Assembly: GCA_951406725.2 (NCBI GenBank)
Contig: OX597819.1
Coordinates: forward strand, 106,578,001-106,642,000
Direction of reading: 5' to 3'
DNA length: 64,000 nt
From: Octopus vulgaris
Taxonomy: Eukaryota
In this document: positions 1 through 14,228 of the stretch, one piece after another
Layout: the number at the start of each line of letters is the position of its first letter
Numbering within the stretch: the stretch's first letter is position 1
The notes under the pieces: model-generated
The model's database searches: none
Seen by the model: the letters and a program-made list of their open reading frames with translations, nothing else
What the model was told of the DNA's origin: nothing
Made by a program: the position numbers and the translations under genes

Positions 1-190
1 ACACTTGAACAAACGTTTTTGCAAAGATTTTAGTGCAGATAAAACCAAGACACGATGTATGTGCTATAAATGACATTGAATGTTGAAATATCAGTAGCCC
101 TGAAATTTTCCTCATACTTTGTATTGTAAGTTTGGGCATATCTGAGTGTGTGTTGTGCGTGTGTGTGTATGTGTATATCTTTCTGATCTG

Positions 191-411
191 TACAAGTGCG
201 TGTTGAAAAGTTCCTGGCTCTGTGTAAAAGAAAATACACGAGGATCAGTTAAATATGGTTTTATTCAACATATTCCCGTCTCAGATTCACACGCTTACTG
301 TAGTGGTCCTTCAGATTTTCTACGCACTGTAAAAAAAATCTGAAATTTGGGTCTCAAACCAGGCTTTTTATGATACTCTTAAAGCCAGAAACTTTTCACT
401 ACCTCCTAGTA
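191..411. mobile_element. Mariner-type MITE (~220 bp)
   Basis: Imperfect TIRs TACAAGTGCGTGTTGAAAAGTTCCTGGCT / AGCCAGAAACTTTTCACTACCTCCTAGTA with TA ends and no ORF. A second copy lies in opposite orientation at 37296-37516. Confidence 0.75.
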
Positions 412-960
412 AGTGTCTATACTACGACAATTTTGAATATCTTAATGTTTATTTGTATCATATTCGGATGAAGAGTAAAGGTGCATCACCTTTTATAAGA
501 CGTCCAGGAAGACAAGAAGCCATGGCCCAATGTTTACTGGAATAGATAGTGTTGAAGTAGACATGTACTGGGAAACCGGACTGAATTAAAAGGCAGCTGA
601 ACTATTTTTCAACACTTAGATGATTTTATTCTACTCAAAACAAGCCTTCTTCGCATATCACTTCCCTACTCCAATTTTTACTCAAATATTTTAAAGTATT
701 TCGTAAATTCTTCGACTTCAATTTTAAGAAAAGGCGATGTTTGTTGCTTAATAACAAGTTCTAATCAAAAACATTTCAGCTACATGTATCTCCTCGTTTT
801 TCCTTTATTTTTATTTGTAAAGATACAATATATCAAAGACATATCACATAAACACAGCCTGATCAACTTTTATCAGTTGTCCTTCGTCTTTTTAAATCAG
901 CAGAGTAGAATTTGGGAGAAATTTGTATGCTATTTCCTAAAAGATCTTTCTTTGAGAAAG

Positions 961-1075
961 AATTTACATGCAATTTCTTGAATTGAGCAAGATATATTTA
1001 CTATTTAATGTAGGATGCAATTTCAGTATATTTGTAACCTACGTAGACTAGGTGCAGCGAGCTTTCTCGTGGATT

Positions 1076-1134
<59 letters not shown>

Positions 1135-1257
1135 ATAAATGAGAGAGCTAGCTGCTAAATGCTCGCTTCACCTACGCTATGTAGATTACAAATATACTGA
1201 AATTGCATCCTACATTAAATGGCAAATCTTGCTCAATTCAAGAAATTATACGTAAAT
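961..1257. repeat. ~100-bp inverted repeat arms flanking a (TA)n tract
   Basis: 961-1063 is the reverse complement of 1161-1257 with a few mismatches and one indel (e.g. ATTTCTTGAATTGAGCAAGAT / ATCTTGCTCAATTCAAGAAAT). Confidence 0.85.
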
Positions 1258-1458
1258 CTGTGTGTGTGTGTGTGTTAAATAGCTTTCGCATCATATGAAA
1301 AGCGTTACATGAAGAATAGGGAAACCTGTAAAACATACACCAACAGCAGCAGCAAGCATGTTGTATCGGTATGATGTGCTTTCTTCTATTTAGTGTAGTT
1401 TAAACCAACAGAGCAACTGAAAATTCCTCTCTACAAAATAAAAAAAAAATTAAAAATT

Positions 1459-1618
1459 GGCTGTGTGGTAAGAAGTTTGCTTCCCAACAACATAGGTTCC
1501 GAGTTTAGTCTCACTGGGTGGCACATTGAGCAAGTATCTTCTACTATAACTCCGGGCCTTAATAAAGCCTTATGAGTGGATTTGATAGACGGAAACTGAA
1601 GGAAGCCTGTCGTATATA

Positions 1619-1666
<48 letters not shown>

Positions 1667-1843
1667 TGTATTTGTGTGTCTGTATTTGTCTCCCATCCAT
1701 CGCTTGACAACCGTGTGATTACGTCCCTGTAACTTAATGGTTCGGCAAAAGGGTTCGATAGAATAAGTGCTAGGCTTACAATAATAAGTCCTGGGGTTGA
1801 TTTGTTCGACCGAAGACAATCGACTGAAACAAGTAAAAGAATA
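1459..1843 (+). mobile_element. tRNA-derived SINE, family A (5'-clipped, internal TA microsatellite)
   Basis: A/B-box-like head (GGCTGTGTGGTAAG...GGTTCCGAGTTTAGTCTC). Body is shared with the copies at 35937 and 59250. Tail GACTGAAACAAGTAAAAGA. Confidence 0.8.
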
Positions 1844-2547
1844 ATAATTCTAGAAGTTTTCTTTAATATGCAATTTGCTAAACGCCTTTGGTTTTATTTT
1901 TTCTTTTGATTGTGTATTTGTGTTTCTGAATATTTGTTTGAGACGTTGTTTCTCGCCAGTTTGCGAAAATAAAAGGAAAAAGATTAATTGTTCATATTAA
2001 ATATCTTTCAATATTTTCTGTCCGTATTTCCTAACTTGAAATAACTTTGTGTTTTATGTCTGTCAGTAGAGACAACCTAAAGATAGCATTATTCAACGTT
2101 ATTGAAATCTGAAATCTTCTGAAATAAATTTCATTTTGATATTTTATTGGATTTTAAATCGTATTTTAAATCTAATAAATTCTTTAAATATTTGACTGTT
2201 TATCTTGTTACCATCACCGACTTTACAAACAAGCCTAAAAAACACATATGTGTCCACATATATAATGTGATAAATTACTACATTAAAAATTATGTATGTG
2301 CATATATACAGACACATCACTCCCATAAATCGTGTGTACTTCACCCATCTTCTCTAGATAAAAACAAATTTTTTATCTTCTCTTTCTTAGAAAATGTTTT
2401 TACAAGTTAGGTATGTATGAACTTTTTTATTATATCTTATTGTAACCTATCTTTTGTTTTACATTTTCACTACATTTTCGATTACAAGAATGACAAAGAC
2501 GTCGTTAATCAAAAGACAGGGAATATGAAGCACATGATGTATTACTT

Positions 2548-2609
<62 letters not shown>

Positions 2610-2625
2610 TATATATATATATAAA

Positions 2626-3694
2626 CAGGGTGCGCAAAGTATTTGAGGACATGCCTTTTTTGGGTATAATCTTTGTATAATCTTTGTTTCAGAAAATAAT
2701 AACAGCAAACCTTCAGCTTACTCAAGAAATGAAGAGGCATGTTATTATTATGGTTATAAAGGTTGAGCATAGCAATTTAGAAATATGTCGATTTTTAAAA
2801 TTAGCCAGATCTTTTGTCTACAAAGTTTGTAAGGAGCTAGAGATTGAAGATGGAAATGAATCATCAGTATCAAAGCATAAACAGCATTCTAAACGCTCTG
2901 AAATCATCGTAACACCTGAATTTGTCAGAAAAATCAAAAGAAAATCACAACATCAGCTCTAAAAAGGCTCTTAAACAAATTGAAAAATCCAGCAGTAGAA
3001 GATTTAATTCGATTTTTCAGAAACGAGAAAATATTCGACCAAGATCAAACATTTAACAGAAGAAATGACAGATGGTTATGTGCAGACCCATCTGCAGTTA
3101 CAACTGTCATAGTTTTAAGGGTTGTCAGCAATGAAGGACATGTGATGCCTCCTTACTTCTTTCAAAAAGGCCCTAGAGTTAACTCTGTCGCCTACATTGA
3201 GGTCTTGGAAATAATTGTTAAGCCCTGGATAGACGGTGCATGTAATGGAAGACCATATGTGTTTCAGAAAGACTCTGTACTCTCACACATGGCTCTAGCA
3301 ACACAGGACGGGATGGCTGAAAATTTTCATGATCACATAACCCTTAACGTTTGGCCTCCTAATTCTCCAGATCTCAACCCATTGGACTATTACATGTGGA
3401 GCGTTGTTGAGAAAGGGGTCAATAAACACTCCCATCACACCAAAGGTTTCTTTGAAAGCTGCCATAGTCAGAGTAATGTCCAAAATGAACCAGGACCACT
3501 TGATTCAAGCATTTAGATGATTTAGATCTCATATAGAAGCAGTTGTTGAAGCTGAAGGTCGCTTTATTGAATAACATTATAGAAAATATGGTTTATTTTT
3601 ATCCACATAGCGCTTTTTGATAAATAAAGTTATCATCTGTTATTATGTTTTTTTTATTAATGTAAATCTGTTCTCAAATATCTTACGCACCCTG
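2626..3694 (+). mobile_element. Tc1/mariner DNA transposon, DD37D (maT-type), internally deleted and frameshifted
   Basis: TIRs CAGGGTGCGCAAAGTATTTGAG / CTCAAATATCTTACGCACCCTG in TA context. ORFs 2684-2962 (HTH-like) and 2980-3516 contain FQKDS...WPPNSPDLNPLDY, with 37 residues between the last two catalytic Asp. Confidence 0.85.
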
Positions 3695-4154
3695 TATATT
3701 TATATACATACATACGTACATACATATATATATATATATACATATATATGCATTTACAGATATATATATATATATATATATATACATACACACATACACA
3801 TACGCATGCGTATGTGTAGTGTGTGTGCTTTTGTGTGTGTGTGTGTGTTTGTGTGTTTGTGTGTCTGTAATTATCATTTAGTTCTTAACTCAGAATGAAA
3901 CAAGCACAATATGTGAAATAGAGTGTTTATATTTTCATATCGTTGAGTATTATCTTAGTGGTTATCTTATATGACTTGTTCGAATGTAAACATGGATTTC
4001 ACGCCGACAATTGCCTTTGGCAATATTGACAACTTTTCATATATATTCGACAGAGGACTTTTCCAGCCAGGATCTTTAACATTGCCAAGAGTAACAGGCA
4101 AACAGAGGGTAACGTCCTGACCAGTTATATCTCATAAACACCAATATAGTGCTC

Positions 4155-4185
<31 letters not shown>

Positions 4186-4707
4186 GATGAGAGGCTTCTG
4201 AGTAATAAATGTTTCCCTACAAAAGTGTGGTTAAATCCACTCAGTCATGGAACACTCTTGCCAATATATCCGTTCAATAGTTTCGAAGCTGGATCCATAT
4301 GGCTAAGCTACAAACATGCCATCAGCATGATCATAACCATAATTACAGTTCATGTAATTTCAACACTCCTCTATCCTTCGTTCTTTTAACACCCCCTCAT
4401 TTGCTATGTTATTTAAGAGTCATTAAGATAGCCACACTTCACCTAGTCACTCTAATCACACGATTCCTATCAACATCCGTATGATGGGATTTTGCTTATC
4501 ATATTACACTTCCGCTTTTTGTTAAACATCGGTCATGTATTATTGCATATTATAGTCTGGGTGCTGTTTGGAATAGTAAAATAAAAATAATAAAAACTAT
4601 CGCAGAGCAGAAGGACGTTCATGGTTCTATATGGCAAATGAAAGTGTCCAGATTCCTGAATTTTTACCAAATAAATTTTTACGAGGGAAATAATCATGCT
4701 TGCTTAC

Positions 4708-4770
<63 letters not shown>

Positions 4771-5544
4771 TATACATACATATATATACATATATATATA
4801 TACGTATTTCCGGTTCCGACAGGGAGAGTCGTGTATCGCCTTTGCTCTGTTTAAAAAAGGTAGAAAGTGTGCATAAATCGGTGAAATAATCTACTGAAAG
4901 TCACAAATTCAACTCATAAAGCCCACTACAACACTTCGGCTACAAATATATTAATCAAAAACGTAATATATTTTGCCTGAAGCCAAATACAGTAATAATT
5001 TTTTCTTTTCACCGAAAACGCACATGGTGGAAAAAATCCACTGAAGTAACTTAAGTAACTTATCTCCTGGAAGAAGGAAAAAGAAACATCTCCTGGAAAA
5101 TAACCCCCGTAAACCACGAAAAAATCCAGACCACATCGTTGGATTAAGTATCACTTTCATCTTCTATTTCATATTCTGTTTATTATCCTATTTTATCCCA
5201 TTTAACCTAAGCCCACATCTCCGTTAAAGTTTACGATCGCCATCATGTTTTGTTTTGTTTACATTTAAATAACTGTCTCGAAGGCAGAAATTGGCTTCAG
5301 AATTAAATAACCCTTTCTTCACACTTTAAAATATATATATATTTTAATATATTTTCACTCATTTTCTTTCTTTTTTCCACCTTCCTTCTCTCCCCGTCTG
5401 TGTATATGTGTATGTGTGTGCCCGTATATGTATGTGTGAGTGCGTGTATGTATATATGTATGCGTATATATGCATGGACGTGAACTTTCACGAACTTTAT
5501 AGATAAATAATCTTTCCCCTCTTTCTTACCCTCCCATCTCTCCT

Positions 5545-6225
5545 CTTTCAGATACTCCATCTTCTAATTAGCCTTAAGACTAAATAACGTATAATACTGT
5601 TTAATATTGTTTAACATTGTTAATAATTTTTCAGATACTCTATCTTCTAATTAGCCTTAAGAATAAACAACGTTTTTACCCACACTTTAACATCCTTTTT
5701 TTTACCCACACTCTAATATCTTTCTAATTAGCCTTTTTACCCACATTTTAAAATATTTGTTAGTATATTTTCGGATGCTCTATCCTCTAGTTAGCCTTGG
5801 GATTAAATAACGTTTTTACCCACACTTTAACTTTTTTCACCCACACTTTAATATATTTTTGAATACTCTATCTTCTGGTTGGCCTTAAGATTAAATAACG
5901 ATTTTTACCCACACTTTAATATAATTGTAATATTGTTAACGTGTTTTCAGATACTCTATCTCCTAATTAGCCTAAGATTAACTAACGTTTTTACCCACAA
6001 ACTTTAATACTGTTAATATTAATAATATTCTATCCTCTAATTAGCCTTAAGATTAAATAACGTTTTCACCCACACTCTAATATAATATTAATATTGCTAA
6101 TATATTTTCAGATACTCTATCTCCTAATTAGCCTTAAGATTAAATAACGTTTTTACCCACAAACTTTAATATTGTTAATATTTTTTTTTCCAAATACTCT
6201 ATCTTCTAATTAGCCTTAATATCTT
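5545..6225 (+). repeat. Tandem ~70-90 bp monomer array (about 9 imperfect copies), probable LINE 5' UTR
   Basis: Recurring TTTCAGATACTCTATCTTCTAATTAGCCTTAAGATTAAATAACGTTTTTACCCACACTTTAA, ending ~55 bp before the ORF1 ATG. Confidence 0.8.
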
Positions 6226-6280
6226 CTTGTCTTCTCTCGAACCTAGTTAGATAGATAAACAAATAGACAGATCATCCAGC

Positions 6281-7162
6281 ATGTCCAGAGCATGGAGACC
6301 CGACGAACTAGATTTATTCGTACGAGCATGGACGTGCGCCGACGGAGATAGCCCTAGCGAGGTGATTGCGGCTGCGCTGAAGAGCAAAGGCTACAAGAGG
6401 ACAGCGGCTCAGATGGAGCGAAAGAGACGGGAATTCGTGCGCTCATATGCGCTTATACGGTCGCACATTGGCGCACTTGATGCCATCTTTGAGAACGAGC
6501 GGGGCAAAGATGGCAAGAATGGAGACGATGAAAGAAGTCACCCCCACCTGGTGGACGCCCGGGAGGAGGTTTTGAATGAGAAACCTGCCCGGGAAGTGAA
6601 CCCAGGTGCAAGTTCTCCAACCGGCAGCAAAGGCCATGGAGACGGAGAACCCGGTGAAGAGGTAGAGGGAGGAGGAAGAACTAAAAGAAGGGCTGGTAGA
6701 GCTAAAGGAAAAGCTCAAGCAGGACCAAAGGGTGAAAAAACCAGGAATAGAAGTGGAACCGCAAAATATGGAAACAAACAGCGCACACGGGTGTGTAGGT
6801 TCTACCTGAGAGGTTCCTGCTGGCATGGAAAGGAAGGTGCAGGCTGCCGCTTTGCACATCGGGGACCCTGCCACAGAGACACGAGGCAGATGGACAAACC
6901 ATCAACACAAGGAAAAGGGATGGACCACGCACCACTTGCCCCAAAGCGGAGGTACGCAGATGTTGTGCGTGCCACAAACCACCAACATGATGTTGTCGAA
7001 AGGGCAGCTGCTGAGCAACAATCTTTTTTGTGCATGGCACAAAAGATTGTACAGCAGCTGACCTGGCTTCATCAAACCCAAGCCCGCAGGTGGGACTACC
7101 CACTATATACCAGACCACCACAGCAAACAGACCCAGGATGGACACCACCGGCAACAACGTAG
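6281..7162 (+). CDS. LINE ORF1: N-terminal Myb/SANT (trihelix)-like segment and CCCH zinc finger
   Basis: Intact 293-aa ORF. WRPDELDLFVRAW...IAAALKSKGYKRTAAQMERKRREFVRSY is trihelix-like. CRFYLRGSCWHGKEGAGCRFAH is a CCCH motif. Confidence 0.75.
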   Translation: MSRAWRPDELDLFVRAWTCADGDSPSEVIAAALKSKGYKRTAAQMERKRREFVRSYALIRSHIGALDAIFENERGKDGKNGDDERSHPHLVDAREEVLNEKPAREVNPGASSPTGSKGHGDGEPGEEVEGGGRTKRRAGRAKGKAQAGPKGEKTRNRSGTAKYGNKQRTRVCRFYLRGSCWHGKEGAGCRFAHRGPCHRDTRQMDKPSTQGKGMDHAPLAPKRRYADVVRATNHQHDVVERAAAEQQSFLCMAQKIVQQLTWLHQTQARRWDYPLYTRPPQQTDPGWTPPATT

Positions 7163-7821
7163 ACCTCACCTCGATGCTCCTAACGGAAACGCACCTAAAA
7201 CCGGATATAGCAGATGCGGAGTTACACATACCACAGTGTGCTGTACTACGGACCGACAGGAAAGAAAGGAGTCATGGAGGTGTTGCTATGTACATCGGTG
7301 AGGACCTCACACCCCAGGTCCTCTTGTCATACTCAAACTCGGTGTGTGACACACTAATAGTACATATTAGGCAACTTGATGTAGTTGTGTGTGCTACATA
7401 TCGTCCTCCAGATGCCCCAAGCCATGTGGGCAAGTTTGAAGACTGCCTTATAAAAATAGAAGAAGTATTAACCACATTAGAACAACACATAAGTGTACTT
7501 CTTATGGGAGACTTCAATCTGCCCAATGTCAGATGGCCCGAGGGCCTTTCTCTCCCAGGAATGACAAGATGTGAACGAGGACAGGCGAGGTCCCTCCTGA
7601 ACCTCATCAACACCCTGTACATGGAGCAGGTAATACTCCAACCAACCAGGGCAGGTAATACACTGGATCTCTGCTTCACAAATGACATGGATCTCATCCA
7701 TAATGTGAAAGTGACACCGACACTACTCTCGGATCACAACATGATAGAGCTGACCATGTATGGGCCAAAAGAGAGCACGGACATGCAGCCTACAAGAACC
7801 CCCAGAATCTTTCCAGCTTGA
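7138..7821 (+). pseudogene. LINE ORF2 AP-endonuclease domain (N-terminal motif apparently deleted; frameshift before RT)
   Basis: Motifs LTETHL, RTDR..RSHGGVAMY, YRPP, MGDFNLP, PTRAGNTLDL, SDHN. The first APE motif that should precede TETHL is missing. Confidence 0.85.
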
Positions 7822-10043
7822 ACTACCATAAGGCAAACTGGAAACAAATTGAGAAAGAGATCCTCAAACAAAACTGGCCTAAATGTCTCTCCTCGCCAGA
7901 CATCGACGTGAAACTTCAACAATTCATGTCTGTAATGCAAGCCATATGCTACAAATGTGTCCCAGAGAGAAAGGCCACTGTACACAAGAACAAAATCCCC
8001 AGAGAGAGGAAAATTTTAATGAGACGGCGTACAAAATTTTCAAATCGCCTAAACAAACAGATTGAAAGCAGTGAAAAGTCCCGCCTAAAAATAAAAATAA
8101 AACTGTTGGAAATCGAAAAATGTCTGCAACTCTCCCATGAAAAGGAAAGAGCAGACAAAGAAGCCTGGGCTATAGACAACATAAAATCTAACCCCAGAGC
8201 TTTCTACAGGTATGCCAAAGAAACAGCTACGGTGCACTGTAGAATAGGGTCACTCCTCGAAAAGGATGGCACACTTACAGGAAAACCAATGAGGGTAAGT
8301 GAAATACTGAATGAGCAATTCAAGAGTGTTTTCACTCCACCCCTTGGGCATCTCCAAATCACCAATCCAACTGACTTTTTTACCACTGCAGATATAAAAT
8401 CAGAGGCGGCGACGATAGATTACATCGATATAAAGGAAGACGATGTAATCAAGGCTATAGATGAAATGAAAACAGACTCAGCTACTGACCCCGATGGATT
8501 CCCGGCAATCCTCCTAAAAGCATGTAAGAGAGTCCTAGCAAGACCACTGCAGTTCCTCTTTCAGAGCTTCCTTGCAGCTGGCAAACTTCCAAGAAAACTG
8601 GAGGAAGGTAAAATATGCCCCATTCATAAAGGAGGTAGCAGAGCGGAAGCCAAGACCTATAGACCTATCTCTCTGACCTCACACATCAGCAAGGTCATGG
8701 AACGAATAGTCAGAAGGAAGCTGATCACCTTCCTTGAAGAGAATGACTTGTTGCCCGACACCCAACATGGTTTCCGACCAGGGAGAAGCTGTTTAACTCA
8801 GCTCCTACAACACTATGACTGGGTGCTGAAACGGCTGCTCAACCACTCAAATGTGGAAGTGATATATCTCGACTTTGCAAAGGCCTTTGATAAAGTCGAT
8901 CATGGAATGATATGTCACAAACTGCGTGATCTCAACATAGTTGGAAAACTGGGAGAATGGCTTCATGACTTTCTGAAAGATAGAAGTCAGGTGGTAGTGG
9001 CCAATGGGGCCACTTCCATTAACACGCAAATAGTGAGCGGTGTTCCGCAGGGCACTGTTCTCGGACCACTACTGTTCATAATGGCCCTCTCAGACATGCC
9101 CTCAGCCATGCAGAGAGCCACGATCACAAGTTATGCAGATGATACAAAAGTTTCACAGGCAATACAGAACCCTGAGGACACTAAACACCTGCAATGTGAG
9201 CTAGACAAAATATACAAGTGGGCCGAAAAGAATAGCATGCAGTTCAATGCTGAAAAGTTTCAAGCTCTATACTATCAGCATGCAAAACTAAATGCAATAC
9301 CCAATGAATACACTGGACCCGGAGGAATAGCAATCCCAGAGGCACAATCAGTGCGTGACCTAGGTATTTACATGAGTGATGACGCGACCTTTCGTGTACA
9401 TGTTGCTAAATTGGCAATGAAATGTAGACGACTGGCCGGATGGATCCTCAGAACCTTTAGAACAAGAGAACAAGAAACCATGATGGTCCTCTGGAGGACA
9501 CTTGTCCTAAGCCACTTTGACTACTGCTCTCAGTTATGGTCACCATCCAGTGTCAAGTTGATCACAGAGCTCGAGGCGATCCAACGTAGCTACACGAAGA
9601 AGATAGCCTCTATGCAGAATGTAAGCTACTGGGAAAGACTCAAGAGATTAAAACTATATTCCCTGGAGCGTAGGCGGGAAAGATATGCCATAATATACAT
9701 CTGGAAGATCCTGGAGGGAAGTGTCCTGAACTTTGGCATCGAGAGTTACGCAAATGCCAGAATTGGGCGCCACTGCGTGGTGCCTAGGACTCCAAACTTG
9801 CCATCAAGATGTAGGACAAGATTCTGTGATAGCCTGGGCTTCCGAGGCCCACAGCTCTTCAATATCCTCCCGAAGAACCTGAGAGACCTGCATGGGGTGG
9901 ATACAGATGTCTTTAAAATGAAGCTGGATCTCTTCCTGTCAGGTGTCCCAGATGAACCAACTTCACGGCAGGAGGGGCAGATGAGGGCAGCTGCATCGAA
10001 CTCTCTCATGCACCAGATAGCAGTTGCTAGAAAGCCTTCATGA
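7818..10043 (+). pseudogene. LINE ORF2 reverse transcriptase (741 open codons after a frameshift)
   Basis: Motifs YRPISLTS, QHGFRPGRSC, YLDFAKAFDKVDH, GVPQGTVLGP, YADD, RDLG, SLERRR. Confidence 0.92.
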
Positions 10044-11597
10044 AGTGAAACCAAGTAGCAACACCAAATGGCGGTGCCCCAGCATGGCCACAGCTCATAA
10101 GCTGAAACTAGAATCAATCAATCAATCAATCATACATATATATATATTTATATGTACATACATGCACATATATACGTATACATATATACACATACATTAT
10201 ACATATACATATATATATATGTATATATAATATGTATATATATGTATATGTATACATATATATATATATGTACATATACACATGCGCGCACAGGCAGAGA
10301 CATACACTCACACAATCATGCAGATACGCACCCATATGCATATGTACATACTCAAATACAAATATTCACATATACACTTGTAGCTGATGTTCTCATACGT
10401 ACAGCCTCTCATACAGTCATGCCAAATATGTACGCACACATGCATGCAGCAGATAGTAACTCCCACATGTATGCGTGCATGCGCACCAGCAAAAACTTGC
10501 ATATATACTTATATACATACATACGCACAGCAGATAACAATGTGCACATACACATGTACGCATCCACACCCACATGCACTCATGTACCACATACATATAG
10601 GAATGTACATATGCACCATCAAGCAGGCTCAGGCACGCATACATGCACAGCATACACACACAGAGCAAGCAAGCACGCACCGTATGCAATCATGCAGCAG
10701 GGATAGCCACACTCACGCACACCGGCATGTTGTGTTGCTAACCGATCTCTCGATTTCCTAGACAGAGAAGTACCCACCAAAATCGGGCCCAGCGATGTGA
10801 TCTTAAAAATACAGATTGAGATTTTTAATTCCATTTGATGTCGCTTCTATATGAATCTCAACACCACCATGTAATTTACCTTTTCGCTATGTAACTAGCA
10901 ATCCAGTATCCAGTATCCAGTATCTATTTTGAACTTGCTCCATTCGGTTACCTAGACTGGCAGGGCTAGGTTTGTTTTACGAGCCCACGAAATTTTTATT
11001 TGCATGGAACCGAAACACAATATCAGACAATACATACATACATACATACATACATACATACATACATACATACATACATACATACATACATGTATATATA
11101 TGTATATATTAATAAAAGGAATTCCAACCTTGTCTGATTTTCACGTTTTATTTACAATCTTATAATGATATAATATAAGATAATATAATATAATAAAATA
11201 AAATAAAATAAAATAATGTTAAATGTACATTCTGATTGAACTAGTACTTTCATGCATTAAATTATGCAATCTTCAGGTTCATGTAGTAGTGGTGACAGTC
11301 ATGCTTCACAATTTTTGACTGTAGCGAGATGGTTAAATCTGTGCCTTAAATACACCTGTGTAGGCTCCAGATTGCTAGGTTTTGCAAACTGTATTCTGAC
11401 CAATCAGTGTGTAGCATCACCCAATTACTTAAGCCGATTGGTTTAGGTGTCACGCTTTGTTGAACATGTCAAGAGTCCTGTATCTTAACCCTGGCCGAGG
11501 AAGCAATTGTTGGGCTATGTTTAGAAATGTTGTAAATAGCCTTTGTCAGGGATTTTTATATTTCAATTGTCATCATCATCATTGTCAGCACCTTAAT

Positions 11598-11632
<35 letters not shown>

Positions 11633-11784
11633 TGAATTGAAGAAATGGAGCTGAACGCAGATTGAACAGAAATCGTTTTATTTCATTCTACACGTGTTTC
11701 GATTTTTGCTGTGATTTTTGCTACTAAGGTATCGGTTAAACTTTTGATTAATCTACTACAAGATTATTCATCTTTCTATTTCAC

Positions 11785-12500
<716 letters not shown>

Positions 12501-12622
12501 CACTTATACATATACACATATGTATATATATACACACACACACACATATACATACACACATACATACACACACACATACATATATATATACACATATACA
12601 TATACATAATATATCTACATAC

Positions 12623-12675
<53 letters not shown>

Positions 12676-12790
12676 TATATGCATATACACACAAAAATAT
12701 ATACATACACACACATACACATACACACATACACACACATATATCCACATACACACATGCACACACAAGTCCCTATATACACATATATAC

Positions 12791-12849
<59 letters not shown>

Positions 12850-13257
12850 TACACACATACATATGTGCACCTATACATACCTACACATACACACATATAC
12901 ATACATATACAAACCCATTCCCTAATTTTAATTTTATCTTCATTTATTACTTTTGTTATCTTTGACCGCGGGTCACAAGCATCTTGGCTACGACAGCAAG
13001 TCCATTTATCTTTCTACTTGAACACAAGCACTCACTCACGCACGCACACTCATTAGCACGCACACTCACTCATTCGTACACTCATACACATACACGTACG
13101 CACGCGTTATATTCATACATACATACATCTACATACATTCACATATATACACATACGTACGCGTACCTACAGATTCACGTCTACACGCTTAGAAGACTAG
13201 TCCATACATATACACCACTAAATACATATACACACATACATATACACCTACATACAA

Positions 13258-13299
<42 letters not shown>

Positions 13300-13427
13300 G
13301 TATATATACATACATACATACACCCATACATACATACATATATACACATACACACACCCACACGTGTACATATACATACATATACGCGCATACATACACA
13401 TACATATACATACATATACACATACAC

Positions 13428-13476
<49 letters not shown>

Positions 13477-13842
13477 CATACATGTACATACATACATATA
13501 CATATATACACACACACATACATACACATATACACATACACACACATACACATATACATGCGTACCCATACACACACACACACACGCGCATCCATATATA
13601 CACATAAGTACACACATGCGTAAAAGTATACATATATCTATACATATGCTTACACATACACTCACACACACGCGCCTCCTTATGTTCATATACTTACATG
13701 CATACTCAAAAAATAAATAATAAAATATATATACGTGCAGTTATTCATATACATACATGCATACTCAAAAAATAAATATTAAATATTAAGTGTATATACG
13801 TTCAGTTACCTATTATACAGACGGATACATACATATAAACTT

Positions 13843-13876
<34 letters not shown>

Positions 13877-14228
13877 CTATCTATATATATATATATATAT
13901 ATATATACATACTTACACATATGTACATATACATACACACATACATAACTCTACGTACCTACATATACATAAACACACGAGCGTACACGTATATGTACAT
14001 ATACACATACACATACACACACATATACATACATACATATACATACACACATATATATACATATATATACATACATATACATACACACACATACACATAC
14101 ACACATATATATATATATATATATATAATATACATATACATACATATACATATACACACACACATATATAAATACACACACACATACATATACATACACA
14201 CATATATACATATATATATATATATATA

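Larger units (their letters stand above)
5545..10131 (+). mobile_element. Near full-length non-LTR retrotransposon (LINE, CR1/L2 group)
   Basis: Contains a repeated 5' region, ORF1, APE endonuclease, RT with YADD, a short 3' UTR and a (TCAA)n tail at ~10112-10131. Confidence 0.9.

Noticed and set aside
5545-6225. CRISPR-like appearance of repeats with variable AT-rich gaps
   Set aside because: Eukaryotic context, degenerate repeats, gaps related to each other, and no cas genes.
11660-11780. Minus-strand GAAACACGTGTA (hammerhead 3' half with palindromic stem III)
   Set aside because: No CUGANGA core or matching stem I was found; at most a truncated remnant.
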